DNA of 64,000 nucleotides from Clostridia bacterium (GTDB lineage Bacteria; Bacillota; Clostridia; UBA1212; DUPL01): NCBI GenBank assembly GCA_050951325.1, contig JBMNIW010000003.1, positions 288,001 to 352,000 of the forward strand, read 5' to 3'. Shown piece by piece: positions 62,313 to 64,000 of this stretch (position 1 is its first letter; each line of letters starts with the position of its first letter). The notes under the pieces were generated by a model. It saw only the letters and a program-made list of their open reading frames with translations, ran no database searches and was not told where the DNA came from. The position numbers and the translations under genes were made by a program.

Positions 62313-62701
62313 AGACATAATATTACATCGCAAAAATACATATGTCAACAAAAAAAGATTGAAAAGGGTTCCATCGACGATATCTCCATATCAACCACAA
62401 CCTATACCGAATTCTCCTCTGTAGGAAGCCTTTAGGGCTTTATCCACTATATTTCAATTCCAGCGGAATGGTATTATTGGGGTATCGATGCAATGGTAAC
62501 AAGTAAACATTAGCAATCATATACATATTCAAAGCTATGTTGACAATTAATACTTGTGAAATACCGATACCTTCTATTGTTGTAATACCATCAGAAAATA
62601 GATGTATTTTCAACAAAATTTGTTTTTATGTAACTAAATCACTGTACTTGATTTTTCGCAGAGTATAATGTACCTTGTATAAATAAAATCACAAGGAGTT
62701 C

Positions 62702-63376
62702 TTGTTTATGGAGTATTTTATCGCATTTCTTGAAGGAATAATCACATTCATATCGCCCTGCCTTCTTCCAATGCTGCCCGTGTACGTCTCCTACTTCTCA
62801 GGACAGGACAATACGAGCAAAAAAGACACATTCCTTAATTCATTGGGATTTGTTATCGGCTTTACAACCATATTCGTAACCTTGGGAGCCTTGGCAGGTA
62901 CATTGGGAAGATTCCTTACAAAATACAATACCTATGTGAACATATTGTTGGGGCTGGCAATGATCCTTATGGGTTTAAGCATAGCAGGTCTTTTCAACCT
63001 TCCCTTTTTTAAAGGCGGGAAAGGTTTTAATGCAAATGGGAAAAAAATGAACATGGGAAGATCCTTTGTGTTTGGTGTTGTATTCTCTGTAAGCTGGACA
63101 CCTTGTGTGGGAGCTTTTTTAGGTTCAGCTCTGATGATGGCCGCTTCCAAAGGAGAAAGCCTTACAGGGATAATAATGCTTCTGCTATACTCCATCGGTC
63201 TTGGAGTTCCCTTTGTAGTCAGCGCAATACTGATAGACAGAATAAAGAACACCTTCAATTTTATTAAGAGAAATTATAAAGTTATAAATATTGTGTCGGG
63301 TTCGCTACTTGTAATATTTGGAATACTTCTTGCCACAGGGCTTATGGGACATTTTCTGAGATTGCTTTCGTTTTAG
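62702..63376 (+). CDS. ccdA: Cytochrome c biogenesis / thiol-disulfide transporter CcdA
   Basis: FISPCLLP, WTPCVG, YSIGLGVPF. Confidence 0.92.
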   Translation: MFMEYFIAFLEGIITFISPCLLPMLPVYVSYFSGQDNTSKKDTFLNSLGFVIGFTTIFVTLGALAGTLGRFLTKYNTYVNILLGLAMILMGLSIAGLFNLPFFKGGKGFNANGKKMNMGRSFVFGVVFSVSWTPCVGAFLGSALMMAASKGESLTGIIMLLLYSIGLGVPFVVSAILIDRIKNTFNFIKRNYKVINIVSGSLLVIFGILLATGLMGHFLRLLSF

Positions 63377-63379
63377 GCA

Positions 63380-63407
63380 TAAAGCTGCCGCAGTGGCGGC
63401 AGCTTTA
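63380..63407. terminator. Bidirectional terminator hairpin
   Basis: taaagctgccgc-agtg-gcggcagcttta between convergent genes. Confidence 0.8.
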
Positions 63408-63413
63408 ATGTCA

Positions 63414-64000
63414 TTACTTTTTCTTCGTTGCCCTTACAGCCAGCAAGATGATAACCACACAAACAACAACAGCAGCTCCGATAATTCCAATGATTATTCC
63501 CATATTACTATCGCCTGATGTTTTATCAGATTTTGCAGCAGTTGTCGTTGCGGGTTTTTCCGTCTCCTTTACTTCCTCAGTTGGCGAAGGTGTAGGTGTA
63601 GGATCTGGAGTTGGTGTTGGTTCAAATTCATAGGTAAAAGCCAGATTATCTATATTTACAGCCTTGTCACGGATACCAATTGCCAGCTGACTGGATTCAG
63701 GATTGAGTCTTGAATTCTCAACTTTCAAAGCTTCGTTGCCTTCAGCATCATGAATTACCGCAGTCTTGTAATATGTATAATTCTCCTCTTCATATGACAA
63801 CTCTTCATCATAAGTTCCCGGATCCGACATGGTTACTGTTGAAATCTTTTCATTGTTTAGATAGATTTCCACCTTTTCGCCATCGTCAACAAACTTCAAG
63901 TTAAAGAACTTGGAAATATCAATCCCTTCCGGATATGGAAAATCGTAAAAGCGGTGTCCAATGTTAATACCATCCGTCTCATATGTTTTTATCGCAACTC
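63414..64000 (-). CDS. Membrane-anchored surface protein, 3' part (5' end outside the window)
   Basis: Frame open to the window edge; PTPTP linker, C-terminal TM helix and KKK tail. Confidence 0.8.
   Translation of the reverse strand, partial: VAIKTYETDGINIGHRFYDFPYPEGIDISKFFNLKFVDDGEKVEIYLNNEKISTVTMSDPGTYDEELSYEEENYTYYKTAVIHDAEGNEALKVENSRLNPESSQLAIGIRDKAVNIDNLAFTYEFEPTPTPDPTPTPSPTEEVKETEKPATTTAAKSDKTSGDSNMGIIIGIIGAAVVVCVVIILLAVRATKKK

Noticed and set aside
62439-62612. 57-codon minus-strand ORF (TTG start, KIHLFSDG...)
   Set aside because: No RBS or recognisable motif; the nested pairing favours a structural explanation.

Overview
Mostly core chromosome of an endospore-forming Clostridia-like Firmicute: coaD/rsmD, recG, rpmB, spoVM, nth, htrA with a two-component system, ychF, polA/coaE, a dcw cluster in two blocks (mraZ-rsmH-ftsL-spoVD-murE-murF-mraY-spoVE and ftsQ-sbp-ftsA-ftsZ-spoIIGA-sigE-sigG), the rimP-nusA-infB-rbfA-truB-ribF operon, tRNA-Leu(GAG), a cobalamin riboswitch with btuF, and one IS200/IS605 element (tnpA+tnpB) that disrupts a lipoprotein gene. 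The main finding is a murA gene split at its catalytic H-P-G-G-C loop into two intact halves on opposite strands about 30.6 kb apart (22661-23002 on +, 53645-52698 on -). Each break carries one copy of a near-identical 17-bp arm, and the two junctions have attL/attR-like symmetry around a GG dinucleotide. Inverting the intervening block of housekeeping and sporulation genes would rebuild a 428-aa MurA. I infer a programmed, possibly mother-cell-specific chromosomal inversion driven by a recombinase not encoded in this window. Other oddities: a 10-copy phased DNA motif array between rsmH and ftsL, an in-frame amber codon in a sortase-type surface protein gene, and a candidate structured RNA. 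All family calls come from motif recognition by eye; no searches were run.
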